A stretch of DNA of 64,000 nucleotides from NCBI GenBank assembly GCA_024275015.1, contig JAJRZW010000016.1, positions 6,899 to 70,898 of the forward strand, given 5' to 3'. Source of the DNA: Deltaproteobacteria bacterium (GTDB lineage Bacteria > Desulfobacterota > Desulfobulbia > Desulfobulbales > JAJRZW01). Both the position numbers and the translations under genes were made by a program. Of this stretch, positions 47,243 through 56,591 are shown in pieces. Under the pieces are notes generated by a model. It searched no databases and was not told the DNA's origin. It saw only the letters and a program-made list of their open reading frames with translations. The first letter of the stretch is position 1; each line of letters begins with the position of its first letter.

Positions 47243-47860
47243 CTATTTCAAGTACGGCATGAGTCTCTCGACCGCGGCCCGGAGCGCGGCAAGGGAACCA
47301 TTATTATCAATAACATAATCGGCCCGGGATGTCTTGTCCCCGGAAGGCCACTGGGCCGCAAGAGCGGCCGCGGCCGCCTCCCGGCCCAGGAGGTCACGCC
47401 GCATCAGGCGCCGAATCAACTCCTCCTCATTCACCCGAACCGCTACCACCCGGTCAAACATCCCCTGCCACCCCGCTTCATAGAGCAACGGCACCTCAAC
47501 CACGACCAGGGTCGGAGACACATCCGCGTCAGCGGCAACCTCGAGCAACCGACACTTCAACTCCGCCAGGATCAGGGGATGGAGAACCCTGTTAAGCCGC
47601 TGCCGAATGGCAGGGTCATGAAATATCGCCTGCCGCATACAGTCACGATCAAGTTCACCGGTTTGGGTAAAGTAGCGCCCTCCGAACTCTCTTTCAATGG
47701 CAAGAAAACCGGCCCCGCCAGGGCGGACAAGGTCGCGTGACAACTGGTCACAGTCAATAACCCGGGCGCCGTGGGCGGCAAAACAAGCCGCGACCGCGCT
47801 CTTGCCCGCCGCCACTGTCCCGGTAAGGGCGACAAGAAAAAGGTCAGCCGCCATCTTCAC
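47243..47860 (-). CDS. coaE: Dephospho-CoA kinase
   Basis: LVALTGTVAAGKSAV is the P-loop. The length is ~200 aa. It overlaps the rluD stop by 17 nt. Confidence 0.9.
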   Translation of the reverse strand: MKMAADLFLVALTGTVAAGKSAVAACFAAHGARVIDCDQLSRDLVRPGGAGFLAIEREFGGRYFTQTGELDRDCMRQAIFHDPAIRQRLNRVLHPLILAELKCRLLEVAADADVSPTLVVVEVPLLYEAGWQGMFDRVVAVRVNEEELIRRLMRRDLLGREAAAAALAAQWPSGDKTSRADYVIDNNGSLAALRAAVERLMPYLK

Positions 47861-48806
47861 CCTCCAGAAGCGCCAGGACTCTTTTCATATCCGGCCGGAG
47901 CGGGGCGGTAAACTGCATCCGTTCCCCGCTCAGAGGGTGAGTAAAGGCAAGTTTCACCGCATGGAGCATCTGCCGATTGATTCCAAGCCCGGGCCACTGT
48001 TTTTTCCTGCGGCCACCGTAAACACTATCACCGGCAACCGGGGCATTGATACTTGCCATATGTACCCTTATCTGATGGGTCCTGCCGGTCTCAAGCCCGA
48101 GGTGGACCAGGGCAAAACCATACGCAAGCTTCCTCACCAGGGTCCAATGGGTCACCGCCCGCCTGCCGCCGTGGCTTACCACCGCCATTTTCTTGCGTTT
48201 TACCGGGTGCCTGCCGATGGGAAGGTCAACGGTTCCGGCAAAACCGGACGGTGCCGCCTCGAGAATGGCGATATATTCCTTTTCCACTTCACGCCCGGAG
48301 AACTGGGCCGCAAGGGAACGATGGGCGATATTGGTCCTGGCCACCACCATTACCCCCGAAGTATCCCGGTCAAGACGGTGGACAATCCCCGGCCTCTCCT
48401 CACCACCGATCCCCGAGAGGTCATGGCAGTGATACAGGAGACCGTTTACCAGAGTGCCGTGACAATGCCCCGGGGCGGGATGAACAACGACACCGGCGGG
48501 CTTATTCAGAACCAGGATCTGTGCATCCTCAAAGATTATCTCAAACTCAACCGGTTCAGGACGGATATTCACCGGTTCAGACGGCGGCAGAGTTACGGAG
48601 ATCTGATCACCGGCCCGCAGGGTACATCCGGCCTTGGACTCACGGCCGTTGACGAGGACGTCACCTTGGAGAACCAACCTCTTTACCGCACTGCGACTCA
48701 GGCCGACGTCAGATTCCCGGGCGGCGAGAAAGCGATCAAGACGCTGCCCAGCCCAGCCACGGCCTACACTGAAAATAAAATCCGGATTATTCATGACATG
48801 GATCAT
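47844..48806 (-). CDS. rluD: RluA/RluD-family 23S rRNA pseudouridine synthase
   Basis: The S4 domain reads QRLDRFLA..SRSAVKRLV. The catalytic motif is HRLDRDTSGVMVVA, followed by GRTHQIRVHM. Confidence 0.9.
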   Translation of the reverse strand: MIHVMNNPDFIFSVGRGWAGQRLDRFLAARESDVGLSRSAVKRLVLQGDVLVNGRESKAGCTLRAGDQISVTLPPSEPVNIRPEPVEFEIIFEDAQILVLNKPAGVVVHPAPGHCHGTLVNGLLYHCHDLSGIGGEERPGIVHRLDRDTSGVMVVARTNIAHRSLAAQFSGREVEKEYIAILEAAPSGFAGTVDLPIGRHPVKRKKMAVVSHGGRRAVTHWTLVRKLAYGFALVHLGLETGRTHQIRVHMASINAPVAGDSVYGGRRKKQWPGLGINRQMLHAVKLAFTHPLSGERMQFTAPLRPDMKRVLALLEGEDGG

Positions 48807-48974
48807 GCCGGGTTAATAACAATCCCTGAAAAAATACTTGCTACCAATCCGAAAGCAAGAGGCAAAAATAGAGGTTGAATAACGTCATAAAGAACCTGAT
48901 CTCCTTTCATTGCGGCGTTTCGACAAGAACCAGCATACCATTTGCATGGTCAAAGCCCGGTCACACACTACGCC

Positions 48975-49086
48975 CCGCATGACAACACGTTAAAAAAACA
49001 GGTAAAATCGAGAGGTTGGGCAAAAAATTGTTTTGGCCAACCTGAGTTTAAAAAAGCCATGGACGGATTGTTCAAATCTCTGATAA
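48975..49086 (+). repeat. Family A repeat, partial (modules 3-5)
   Basis: The sequence is ..AAAAAAACAGGTAAAATCGAGAGGTTGGGCAAAAAATTGTTTTGGCCAACCTGAGTTTAAAAAAGCCATGGACGGATTGTTCAAATCTCTGATA. Confidence 0.7.
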
Positions 49087-49149
49087 AAAATTCGAGGGTG
49101 TCATACGACGCAAAGAAAAAACCGGAAGACAGATAACCCTGCCTTCCGG

Positions 49150-49235
49150 TTTGCGATATTTTGACGGCCTCGTAAAAAGTCGCAAATCATCATTCTTGTT
49201 GTTGTTCAGGATTTGCCCTGGAACCTGTAATGTAA
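49150..49235. repeat. Family B repeat, divergent/partial
   Basis: The sequence is GACGGCCTCGTAAAAAGTCGCAAATCATCATTCTTGTTGTTGTTCAGGATTTGCCCTGGAACC.... The first ~45 bp match the other family B copies. Confidence 0.5.
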
Positions 49236-49266
49236 CATATCTGGGCCATGACAGACAAGAATCCGT

Positions 49267-49749
49267 TCAGGAAAAAATCTTCTCCATATCCGCCTCAATC
49301 AGTTCTTCGCCGGAATCCTTGGCAATGGCAATCTCCTTGACCAGCAGAGCGCGGGCGGTATCCATCATTTTTCTTTCCCCAAAGGAGAGATCCTTGTTAT
49401 CCTGGAGGAGATAGAGGTCACGGAGAACTGCGGCAATCTCAAAAGGGGAACCAGAACGAATCTTTTCCATATATTTACGGTAACGCTGATTCCAGGGAGT
49501 GCCACTTTTTACATTATGTCGTTCCTTCAGAATGGAGTAAACCTTTTTTACCTCGCCGGTACCGATGATACTCCGCAGCCCCACGCTTTTATAAGTATCC
49601 GTCGGGATCATGACCACCATGCTGCTGTCGAGAATACGCATGACATAGAAGGAAGTCTGGCAACCACCGACCTCACGGTCTTCAACTCCTTCAATCATGC
49701 CTACCCCATGGGCGGGATAAACGGCCATGTCACCCTGCTTGAATTTCAA
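49267..49749 (-). CDS. carD: CarD-family transcription regulator
   Basis: The sequence shows (L)KFKQGDMAVYPAHGVGMIEGVEDREVGG..FYVMRI. The typical CarD N-terminus begins at MFKxGD, so a TTG start at 49749 is proposed. ATG at 49728 and the track GTG at 49806 are alternatives. Confidence 0.85.
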   Translation of the reverse strand: MKFKQGDMAVYPAHGVGMIEGVEDREVGGCQTSFYVMRILDSSMVVMIPTDTYKSVGLRSIIGTGEVKKVYSILKERHNVKSGTPWNQRYRKYMEKIRSGSPFEIAAVLRDLYLLQDNKDLSFGERKMMDTARALLVKEIAIAKDSGEELIEADMEKIFS

Positions 49750-49908
49750 AGTAATACCCCCACAAAAAAATAGGGCCTCTCTGGCCCAAGGATCGGTAAA
49801 AAGCACCTAAAAGTCGTTTTAAGCAGCATCACAGTTACTGCGACCCGCAAACGGCAGCATCTCGTAATTATGGCCTTTATCTATAAGAGATTTTGATATC
49901 TTATACAC

Positions 49909-49937
49909 ATCTTACCAGACTTGCGATTTTCTTTCAA
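49909..49937 (-). promoter_or_regulatory. Candidate sigma-70 promoter for carD
   Basis: On the minus strand the boxes are TTGAAA-N17-TAAGAT. This is a sequence match only. Confidence 0.3.
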
Positions 49938-49974
49938 CTCCGCCTTCTCGGACGCCCCCGTACCTGACGCATTC

Positions 49975-50541
49975 TCACCCCCTGCGGTTAAAATGATTCA
50001 TGGCCTCGGTAATGCCCTTATCTACAATCATCTCCACCGCCATAGCGGCGTGATCAAGGCACGCCGGAAGAAGATCCGCCTCCTCCGGACATAATCGCCC
50101 GAGGACAAAGGCGTGAGGTTCCACCCGGACAGGGGGACGCCCAACCCCGACCCGGACCCGGACGAACTCCGTCCCCAGGTAACGAATCAGGGAACGGATG
50201 CCGTTATGTCCGCCGGCACCACGATTAAAGGCTAACTTTACCCGGCCGAAATCAAGATCAAGATCATCATGAACCACAATCACCCTGTTGACCGGAACCC
50301 GAAAATAGGCGGCAAGCGGGGCCACAGGCTCACCGCTTTTGTTCATAAAGGTCATGGGCTTACAAAAGATCACCCGATGGCCACGAATCCTCGCGTCAGC
50401 GGTATCTGCGCTCACGGAACGGTGTTTTTTAAAGAAAACGGGACAGGAAGAAGCCAGTTGATCAACAACCATAAACCCGAGATTATGCCTGGTCTTCTCA
50501 TACTCCCTGCCAGGATTTCCCAAGCCGACGACAAGATACAC
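49975..50541 (-). CDS. pth: Peptidyl-tRNA hydrolase
   Basis: The sequence shows MYLVVGLGNPGREYEKTRHNLGF and GGHNGIRS. Confidence 0.95.
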   Translation of the reverse strand: MYLVVGLGNPGREYEKTRHNLGFMVVDQLASSCPVFFKKHRSVSADTADARIRGHRVIFCKPMTFMNKSGEPVAPLAAYFRVPVNRVIVVHDDLDLDFGRVKLAFNRGAGGHNGIRSLIRYLGTEFVRVRVGVGRPPVRVEPHAFVLGRLCPEEADLLPACLDHAAMAVEMIVDKGITEAMNHFNRRG

Positions 50542-50652
50542 CTTTTCATCTCCTCAAACAGAACCCTATAAAAAAAAGCCGAAGGGACCCCCCTCCGGCT
50601 TGATTATCCCCTCTCTGCGGAGGATGCAATATCCCGGGCAAAAACGCCCGGC

Positions 50653-50681
50653 AAACAGACTGTTGAAAAAACGGGCTGTTA
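50653..50681. repeat. Family A repeat, minimal form (termini plus hairpin 1)
   Basis: The sequence is AACAGACTGTTGAAAAAACGGGCTGTTA. The terminal TTA is the stop codon of rplY. Confidence 0.6.
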
Positions 50682-51323
50682 TTCAACGGTTTCAGCAACA
50701 GTTTCCCCCTTGTCTTCGTCAGCGGATTCTCCCTCTTCTACTTCAGAGACAGCCTTTCTTGAGGCGGGGACAACCGCGACGCAAACCCTTTCCGGATCGG
50801 ATTCAAGGGATACCCCGGCCGGAATCTCAAGCTGAGAAAGCTTAAAACCGTCGTCAATACCAAGACTTGAGATATCAAGGACAATCTCGTCGGGGATATC
50901 AAGGGGTTTCCCCTTAATGGGAACCTTGGGGTAGCTAATCATCAGCTCACCGCCGAGATCAACCCCCTTGGCCTTGCCGGTATAGCTGACCGGAACCTCA
51001 AAAACCCTTTCCTTGTCAAGGGAAAGAACGCAGAAATCAGCGTGGACGACATGATCCTTTACCGGATGCACCTGAATCTCGCGAATAAGGACATTCTTCT
51101 TAATCGACTTACCGTTATCGTCAATATCGAGATTGACCACGGCATTACGGCGATGGATGCGAAAAAGTACCCGGGTAAGCTCTTTGGTATCAAGCTGAAG
51201 GGGAATGGTATCATCAGCGACACCGTAAACCACGCAGGGGGTCATCCCGGCCCGTCTGAGGGAACGGGCGACACCCTTGCCGGTATTTTTTCTGACAGCA
51301 GCGTTAATATCTACCTGTATCAT
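50679..51323 (-). CDS. rplY: 50S ribosomal protein L25 / general stress protein Ctc (long form)
   Basis: The N-terminal L25 fold reads R.NTGKGVARSLRRAGMTPCVVYG. There is an acidic C-terminal extension. The context is prs-rplY-pth. Confidence 0.9.
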   Translation of the reverse strand: MIQVDINAAVRKNTGKGVARSLRRAGMTPCVVYGVADDTIPLQLDTKELTRVLFRIHRRNAVVNLDIDDNGKSIKKNVLIREIQVHPVKDHVVHADFCVLSLDKERVFEVPVSYTGKAKGVDLGGELMISYPKVPIKGKPLDIPDEIVLDISSLGIDDGFKLSQLEIPAGVSLESDPERVCVAVVPASRKAVSEVEEGESADEDKGETVAETVE

Positions 51324-51350
51324 TTACGTTGAACCTCCCAAAAATAGCTC

Positions 51351-51507
51351 TAATCAGACCGTTGGAAAAACCGTCCACGACTTTTTCAACCCCGGTTGGC
51401 CAAAACAAGCTTCGGACAACCTCTTGATTTCACTGTTTTTTTCAACCCGGTGAAATCGGCGGCGCATCCATGCGCCGCATGCAGTACATTTTTCAACGGA
51501 CTGCTTA
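51351..51507 (-). repeat. Family A repeat, full length (reverse orientation)
   Basis: It runs TAATCAGACCGTTGGAAAAACCGTCCACGACTTTTTCAAC..GGTTGGCCAAAACAAGCTTCGGACAACC..GGCGGCGCATCCATGCGCCGC..TTTTTCAACGGACTGCTTA. Confidence 0.85.
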
Positions 51508-51720
51508 CAGAAGCCAAGGTTTTTATCATAAGCTCCTGTTTTTTACAAGATCTCTTTTGCAAAAACCAGTGCGATGGCCTTTTGAAGAACAGAATGTTGC
51601 GGCCCCGGAACATACCACATCCACCCGCCAACCCAGAAAGAGCAAAGAATCCAAGCGGTTGAACGAGTCCGGCCCGGGCCAACCGGGGCTAAAAGCAAAG
51701 ACGACTTTTCTTTCAGGCCA

Positions 51721-52662
51721 TCAAACAAATAGATAGCTGACCGAGTCCTCGGAATGAATACGGCTGATCGCCTCACCTAAAAGATCGGCAACACTCAGAA
51801 CCTTGATCTTTTCACATGCGAGCGCGGCACCGTGCAGGGGAATCGAATCGGTAATCACCAGAGACTTTATCCGCGATTTTTCAATCCTCTCCACTGCAGG
51901 ACCGGACAGAACGCCGTGAGAGCAGCAGGCAAGCACCTCAGTGGCTCCGGCCTTTTCGAGGATCTCTGCGGCAGCGCAAAGGGTACCGGCGGTGTCGACC
52001 ATATCATCAAGAAGGATAGCGGTCTTGCCACTGACATCACCGATCACATTCATCGCCTCGGCAATATTGGCCCGTTCCCGGCGTTTATCAATAATGGCAA
52101 GGTCGGCGTCAAGACGCTTGGCAAAGGCCCGGGTTCGCGCGACCCCGCCGGCATCGGGAGAGACCATGACCACATCATTGTTCATATTTTTACGTAGATA
52201 TTTCAACAGCACCGGAGCGGCATAAATATTATCGACCGGGATATTGAAAAACCCCTGAATCTGCCCGGAATGGAGATCAAGAGTAAGCACACGTCTGACC
52301 CCAACAACCATCAACATCTCGGCCACAACCTTGGCGGTAATCGGAACCCGTGGGGCGACCTTACGATCCTGCCGGGCATAGCCGTAATAGGGAATTACCG
52401 CAGTAATTCTTCGCGCCGAAGCCCTTCGCAGGGCATCAGCGACAATCATCAATTCCATCAGGTTATCGTTAACCGGCGGGCAGGTAGGCTGAATCACAAA
52501 GACATCGGTGCCGCGGACATTCTCGCCTAATTCAACAAAAATCTCACCGTCGCTGAAACGTCTGACCTCGACCTTTGCCAACGGCATATCAAGGTATTTA
52601 CAAATTTTTTCAGCCAGGGCGGGGTTAGCGTTTCCGGCAAAGATCTTCATCGTCTTAAGCAT
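51721..52662 (-). CDS. prs: Ribose-phosphate pyrophosphokinase
   Basis: The sequence shows [26 protein letters not shown] and DDMVDTAGT. The track start 52812 runs into the tandem repeat. The start is at 52662 (MLKTMKIF) or 52650. Confidence 0.95.
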   Translation of the reverse strand: MLKTMKIFAGNANPALAEKICKYLDMPLAKVEVRRFSDGEIFVELGENVRGTDVFVIQPTCPPVNDNLMELMIVADALRRASARRITAVIPYYGYARQDRKVAPRVPITAKVVAEMLMVVGVRRVLTLDLHSGQIQGFFNIPVDNIYAAPVLLKYLRKNMNNDVVMVSPDAGGVARTRAFAKRLDADLAIIDKRRERANIAEAMNVIGDVSGKTAILLDDMVDTAGTLCAAAEILEKAGATEVLACCSHGVLSGPAVERIEKSRIKSLVITDSIPLHGAALACEKIKVLSVADLLGEAISRIHSEDSVSYLFV

Positions 52663-52767
52663 GGCTCCTCGTAAACGGATATTTAAGGTAGAGTTTAAAA
52701 TTCTTATGTTCCATGGAGTTACGTTCCATGTCAGCATAAAAAAACAGTCAATCAATCCCATAAGGGG

Positions 52768-53003
52768 AACAGAGCTGATCGTCCAGAGCGGGACATCTCG
52801 GCCAAGGGCCATCCGGCGAGGAATGTTCCGATCTGGACAAGCAGTTCTGGAGCCATAGCACCCCTATGCGAACAGAGCTGATCGTCCAGAGCGGGACATC
52901 TCGGCCAAGGGCCATCCGGCGAGGAATGTTCCGATCTGGACAAGCAGTTCTGGAGCCATAGCACCCCTATGCGAACAGAGCTGATCGTCCAGAGCGGGAC
53001 ATT
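52768..53003. repeat. Tandem direct repeat, 103-bp unit x 2.3, abutting the 3' end of tRNA-Gln
   Basis: Units start at 52768, 52871 and 52974. Units 1 and 2 are identical base for base by eye. Unit 3 is cut after 29 nt where the tRNA trailer begins. Confidence 0.9.
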
Positions 53004-53079
53004 CCTCGCCGGATGGCTGGGGCGGGAGGATTCGAACCTCCGAATGCAGGAGTCAAAGTCCTGTGTCTTAACCACTTGA
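53004..53079 (-). tRNA. tRNA-Gln (anticodon UUG), CCA encoded
   Basis: The hand fold gives acceptor TGGGGCG/CGCCCCA, anticodon arm CAGGA-CTTTGAC-TCCTG, T-loop GGAGGTTCGAATCCTCC, discriminator G and CCA. The track ORF 52752..53090 crossing it is spurious. Confidence 0.9.
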
Positions 53080-53150
53080 CTACGCCCCACCGTTTAAAAA
53101 GGCATAAATTCCGGTTTACGACAAATTTACGTCTCAACAACCAGGGCTCA

Positions 53151-54035
53151 CTATTTCACCGCTGCCGCGGGAGATGTGAGGACAACCCCTTCACCGTATC
53201 GGGGGGCAAAGAATGCGGCCGCAGTATCGGCAAGAGCATGATCGGCAAACAGGCCGAATACAGTGGGACCACTGCCGCTCATCATTGCCGTGACGGCCCC
53301 CTGACGCCTCATTTCATCCCTGATCCCGGCAACAAGTGGATGACTCGACATGGTCACCGCCTCCAAATCGTTCTCAAGCGGAAAAGGCAGAGAGGCAAAT
53401 GAGTTGCGTTCAAGCCAACGCCTTGTCAGTTCGTCCTTTTTGCCCGGGGCTAAATTATAAGTATTACCCATACTTGTCAACGGCAAATTATGGTAAACCC
53501 AAGCGGTTTTAACCGCAAACCCGGGGTTAACCAGAAGGATCCTGAAATCCCCTAAAAAAGGCGCTGCGGAAAGTTTTTCCCCCACCCCCTCACACCAGAA
53601 TGACACCCCTTCCCGGACAAAAAAAGGGACATCGGCCCCGAGAGCGAGACCGATTCGTTCAAGTTTCTCCAGGCCGAGATCTGTGGCAAAGACCCGATCA
53701 AGCCCGACCAGACAGGAAGCGGCGTCACTGCTGCCACCACCAAGACCGGCAGCCACCGGAATTTTTTTCTCCAAGGTTATCCGGGCCCCGCCTTTTATTC
53801 CCGTTGCCGCAAAAAAAGCCATGGCCGCCCGATAAATCAGGTTATCGCGGTCTTCCGGGAGCTCACTGTCCGGACAGCGCAGATCTATCCCGGATCCGAC
53901 GGACTCAACCGTCATTTTATCGGCAATCGCAAGCTTGTGCATCCACGAAAAAAGCTCGTGATAACCGTCCGGACGAAGGGAGAGAATCTTCAGAAAAATA
54001 TTTATCTTGGCGGGAGCCGCCATGACCACTGGCAT
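53151..54035 (-). CDS. ispE: 4-diphosphocytidyl-2-C-methyl-D-erythritol kinase
   Basis: The sequence shows APAKINIFLKILSLRPDGYHEL and the GHMP motif IPVAAGLGGGSSDAA. Confidence 0.92.
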   Translation of the reverse strand: MPVVMAAPAKINIFLKILSLRPDGYHELFSWMHKLAIADKMTVESVGSGIDLRCPDSELPEDRDNLIYRAAMAFFAATGIKGGARITLEKKIPVAAGLGGGSSDAASCLVGLDRVFATDLGLEKLERIGLALGADVPFFVREGVSFWCEGVGEKLSAAPFLGDFRILLVNPGFAVKTAWVYHNLPLTSMGNTYNLAPGKKDELTRRWLERNSFASLPFPLENDLEAVTMSSHPLVAGIRDEMRRQGAVTAMMSGSGPTVFGLFADHALADTAAAFFAPRYGEGVVLTSPAAAVK

Positions 54036-54071
54036 GGTAAGTCCGGAAACAATCTGTTGTCTGCCGCGAGT

Positions 54072-54383
54072 TTATCTGTCCTGAACTTTGATGTAGCGCA
54101 TCTTCAGGTCATAGATAATATTGGCCAGAAGATCTTCCTCATCTTTCTCAAGATTACCCACGGTCTTTTTCTCCATCATGCTCAGAGTATCAATGGCGTG
54201 CTTGGCCAGAACCAGCTCAATTTTTTTCTCGCCGGTGGCCGGATCGGCCAGTTCCCCGAGGTGAAAGAGGGCCGAGGTATTCATCGACATAACAAAATCG
54301 GCAAAGGTAACCTCGGGCAGAACGCATTTACCGTCACGCAGTACCTGGCCTTCGGGACATTCATCACATTTTTTTTCAGACAT
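54072..54383 (-). CDS. DUF1844-family protein
   Basis: The sequence is MSEKKCDECPEG..VTFADFVMSMNTSALFHLGELADPATGEKKIELVLAKHAIDTLSMMEKKTVGNL..EE..LL. GGAGG lies 6 nt upstream of 54383. The track start 54422 is rejected. Confidence 0.65.
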   Translation of the reverse strand: MSEKKCDECPEGQVLRDGKCVLPEVTFADFVMSMNTSALFHLGELADPATGEKKIELVLAKHAIDTLSMMEKKTVGNLEKDEEDLLANIIYDLKMRYIKVQDR

Positions 54384-54526
54384 TCCGACCTCCGGCAATA
54401 CCTTAACGAAGCAAGCGATCAATTAACCACACCTGATGCAAAAAGAAACGCACCCGGTAAAAGATTCAGGGGCGCCGCCATGTGCGCGTTTTACCCCCTT
54501 TTTGATTATACTCAGGTATATTAAAG

Positions 54527-54746
54527 CCTGAATCCGTGACGGCTTCGAGGGCTATTAAAGCGCATCCGTTTGAACCAGCGCGTTTTTGGCCGGGTTGCCG
54601 TTTGGGTGCCAGGTTCACCCCGCCGCCCTTCGGGGCGTCCGAGAGCGGACCATCTGCTGTGTCGGCAACCCGTTGATATACCGAAGTATTATCAACGTGG
54701 TTGCCTCCTTGCATCTGGCCCGCTCTCGAACGCTCACGAATTCAGG
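54527..54746. repeat. Family C repeat, full length, with a 6-bp flanking direct repeat
   Basis: It runs CCTGAATCCGTGACGGCTT ... GGTTCACCCCGCCGCCCTTCGGGGCGTCC ... CGTTGATATACCGAAGTATTATCAACG ... GCTCACGAATTCAGG. TTAAAG lies immediately on both sides (54521..54526 and 54747..54752). Confidence 0.8.
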
Positions 54747-54807
54747 TTAAAGGGATTAAATCGCGTGCAGGGTGATATTCATGGAGGATTACCCTTCAAA
54801 CGGGAAC

Positions 54808-56397
54808 TCAGGACGGCAGATCAAGGTTTACCGCGTCCTCGATATACTCCAGAGCCTTGACCTCCTGAATCATCTCCCGGGTCAGGGGCTTATTGGTATT
54901 AAGGAGAATAACGTTACGCCCCGCCTCTTCTTCGCGCCCCACAGTCATCCGGGAGATATTGATGCCGAACTTGCCGATGGCGCTGCCGAGTTCACCGATC
55001 ACTCCGGGGACATCCTTATTATATACCAGGAGCATGGGGCCGCTGGGAAGGGCCTCAAGGCGGAAGGTATTAAACCGCACCAGCCGGGTCTCACTCTTGC
55101 CAAAGACGGTTCCGGCAGCCACATTCTCGCCTTCAGTGGTCTTGACCCTGACCGTAAGCAAGCTGGTGAAGGCCTGAGATTTACTGCTTTTGGACTCAAC
55201 CACGTTTATCCCCCGCTCTTTAGCGATAAACGGGGCGTTAACGAAATTGACCGCGTCTTTCAGGATCGGGGCAAACAGACCCTTGAGCAGGGCAACGGTG
55301 ATCGGCCCGCTGTCGATCTCGCAAAGCTCGCCACTGAATTCAATCGCTACCTCCTCGACCCCGCCACGGGCGAGCTGCATATGAAATGAACCCAGCCGCT
55401 CGGCCAGGGTAATAAAGGGGCCGACCTTGGAAAGGACATCGGCGCTGACCGAGGGTACATTGACCGCGTTCGAAACCACACCGCGGTTAAGATAGGCCGA
55501 CATCTGCTCGCCGATGGCCACCGCGACATTCTCCTGGGCCTCAGCGGTTGAGGCGCCAAGATGCGGGGTGCAGATAAAACTATCAAGCCCGAGAAGGGGA
55601 CAATTTTCCTTTGTGGTCGGCTCGTTGGCAAAAACGTCAAGGGCGGCGCCGGCGATCCTGCCATCCTTAAGGGCCTCGTAAAGAGCATCTTCATCAACCA
55701 CGCCGCCGCGGGCACAGTCAACCAGCATCGCTTCAGGTTTCATCAGGGCAATCATATCCTTTGAGACGATGTGATGGGTTTCCTTAATGTAGGGGACATG
55801 AACGCTGACATAATCGGCCCGACGGAACAGCTCTTCGAGGCTGACCAGCTCAACGCCGATCTTTTCCACCAGATCTTTGGGCATATGGGGATCAAAGGCG
55901 ATGACCTTCATCCGCAGGCCCTGGCCCCGATCGGCGACAATACTGCCGATACGACCGATGCCGACAATCCCCAGGGTCTTGCCGGTGACCTCATGGCCGG
56001 AGAATTTTTTCTTCTCCCATTTACCGGCCTTCATCGAGGCGGTGGCCTGGGGGACGTTACGGGTAAGGGACATCATCATCGCGATCGCGTGTTCGGCGGC
56101 GGTGGTGGCGTTACCGTCCGGGGCGTTCATGACCACGATGCCGCGCTTGCTGGCGGCCGGGATATCAACGTTATCAAGACCGATACCGGCCCGGCCGACC
56201 ACCTTGAGGTTGTCGGCGGCCTCGATAATCTCGGCGGTAACCCTGGTGGCACTGCGGATAACCAGGCCGTCGTAGGCACCGATGACTTTTTTGAGTTCAT
56301 CCGGGGCCATGCCGGTATTTATGTCGACATCGAGACCGGAGTCACGCAGGATTTCAGCGCCCACCGGGGCGAGGTTATCGCTAATCAGAACCTTCAT
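54808..56397 (-). CDS. serA: D-3-phosphoglycerate dehydrogenase (long form with ASB and ACT domains)
   Basis: The sequence shows MKVLISD.., GIVGIGRIGS (NAD motif) and the catalytic R/E/H region CTPHLGAST, with a C-terminal ACT domain. The length is 529 aa. Confidence 0.95.
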   Translation of the reverse strand: MKVLISDNLAPVGAEILRDSGLDVDINTGMAPDELKKVIGAYDGLVIRSATRVTAEIIEAADNLKVVGRAGIGLDNVDIPAASKRGIVVMNAPDGNATTAAEHAIAMMMSLTRNVPQATASMKAGKWEKKKFSGHEVTGKTLGIVGIGRIGSIVADRGQGLRMKVIAFDPHMPKDLVEKIGVELVSLEELFRRADYVSVHVPYIKETHHIVSKDMIALMKPEAMLVDCARGGVVDEDALYEALKDGRIAGAALDVFANEPTTKENCPLLGLDSFICTPHLGASTAEAQENVAVAIGEQMSAYLNRGVVSNAVNVPSVSADVLSKVGPFITLAERLGSFHMQLARGGVEEVAIEFSGELCEIDSGPITVALLKGLFAPILKDAVNFVNAPFIAKERGINVVESKSSKSQAFTSLLTVRVKTTEGENVAAGTVFGKSETRLVRFNTFRLEALPSGPMLLVYNKDVPGVIGELGSAIGKFGINISRMTVGREEEAGRNVILLNTNKPLTREMIQEVKALEYIEDAVNLDLPS

Positions 56398-56591
56398 TAC
56401 AGATCCTCACAGAATCTTTTAAAAATTTGTCAACAAGTGATGGTTTCGCAAAAGCCCCTTCTCCGGCGAAGGCCGGAATGAAACCCAAACGATTACGGCA
56501 CTGCCGCAGGCCCATTCGAACCATCATCAATAAATTTATGAAAAAAAAACGAGTATTATTCCCCGGCCATCCTTTGTCAAGGGCAAAGGAA

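Noticed and set aside
52768-53079. The 103-bp repeats considered as attL/attR scars of an integrative element at tRNA-Gln.
   Set aside because: The repeat unit does not duplicate any part of the tRNA 3' half. It only carries the reverse complement of the trailer. No integrase or foreign gene block lies between the tRNA and prs.
52752-53090. 112-aa ORF on the minus strand.
   Set aside because: It spans tRNA-Gln(UUG) and the 103-bp tandem repeat. Its apparent internal repetition is just the DNA repeat translated.
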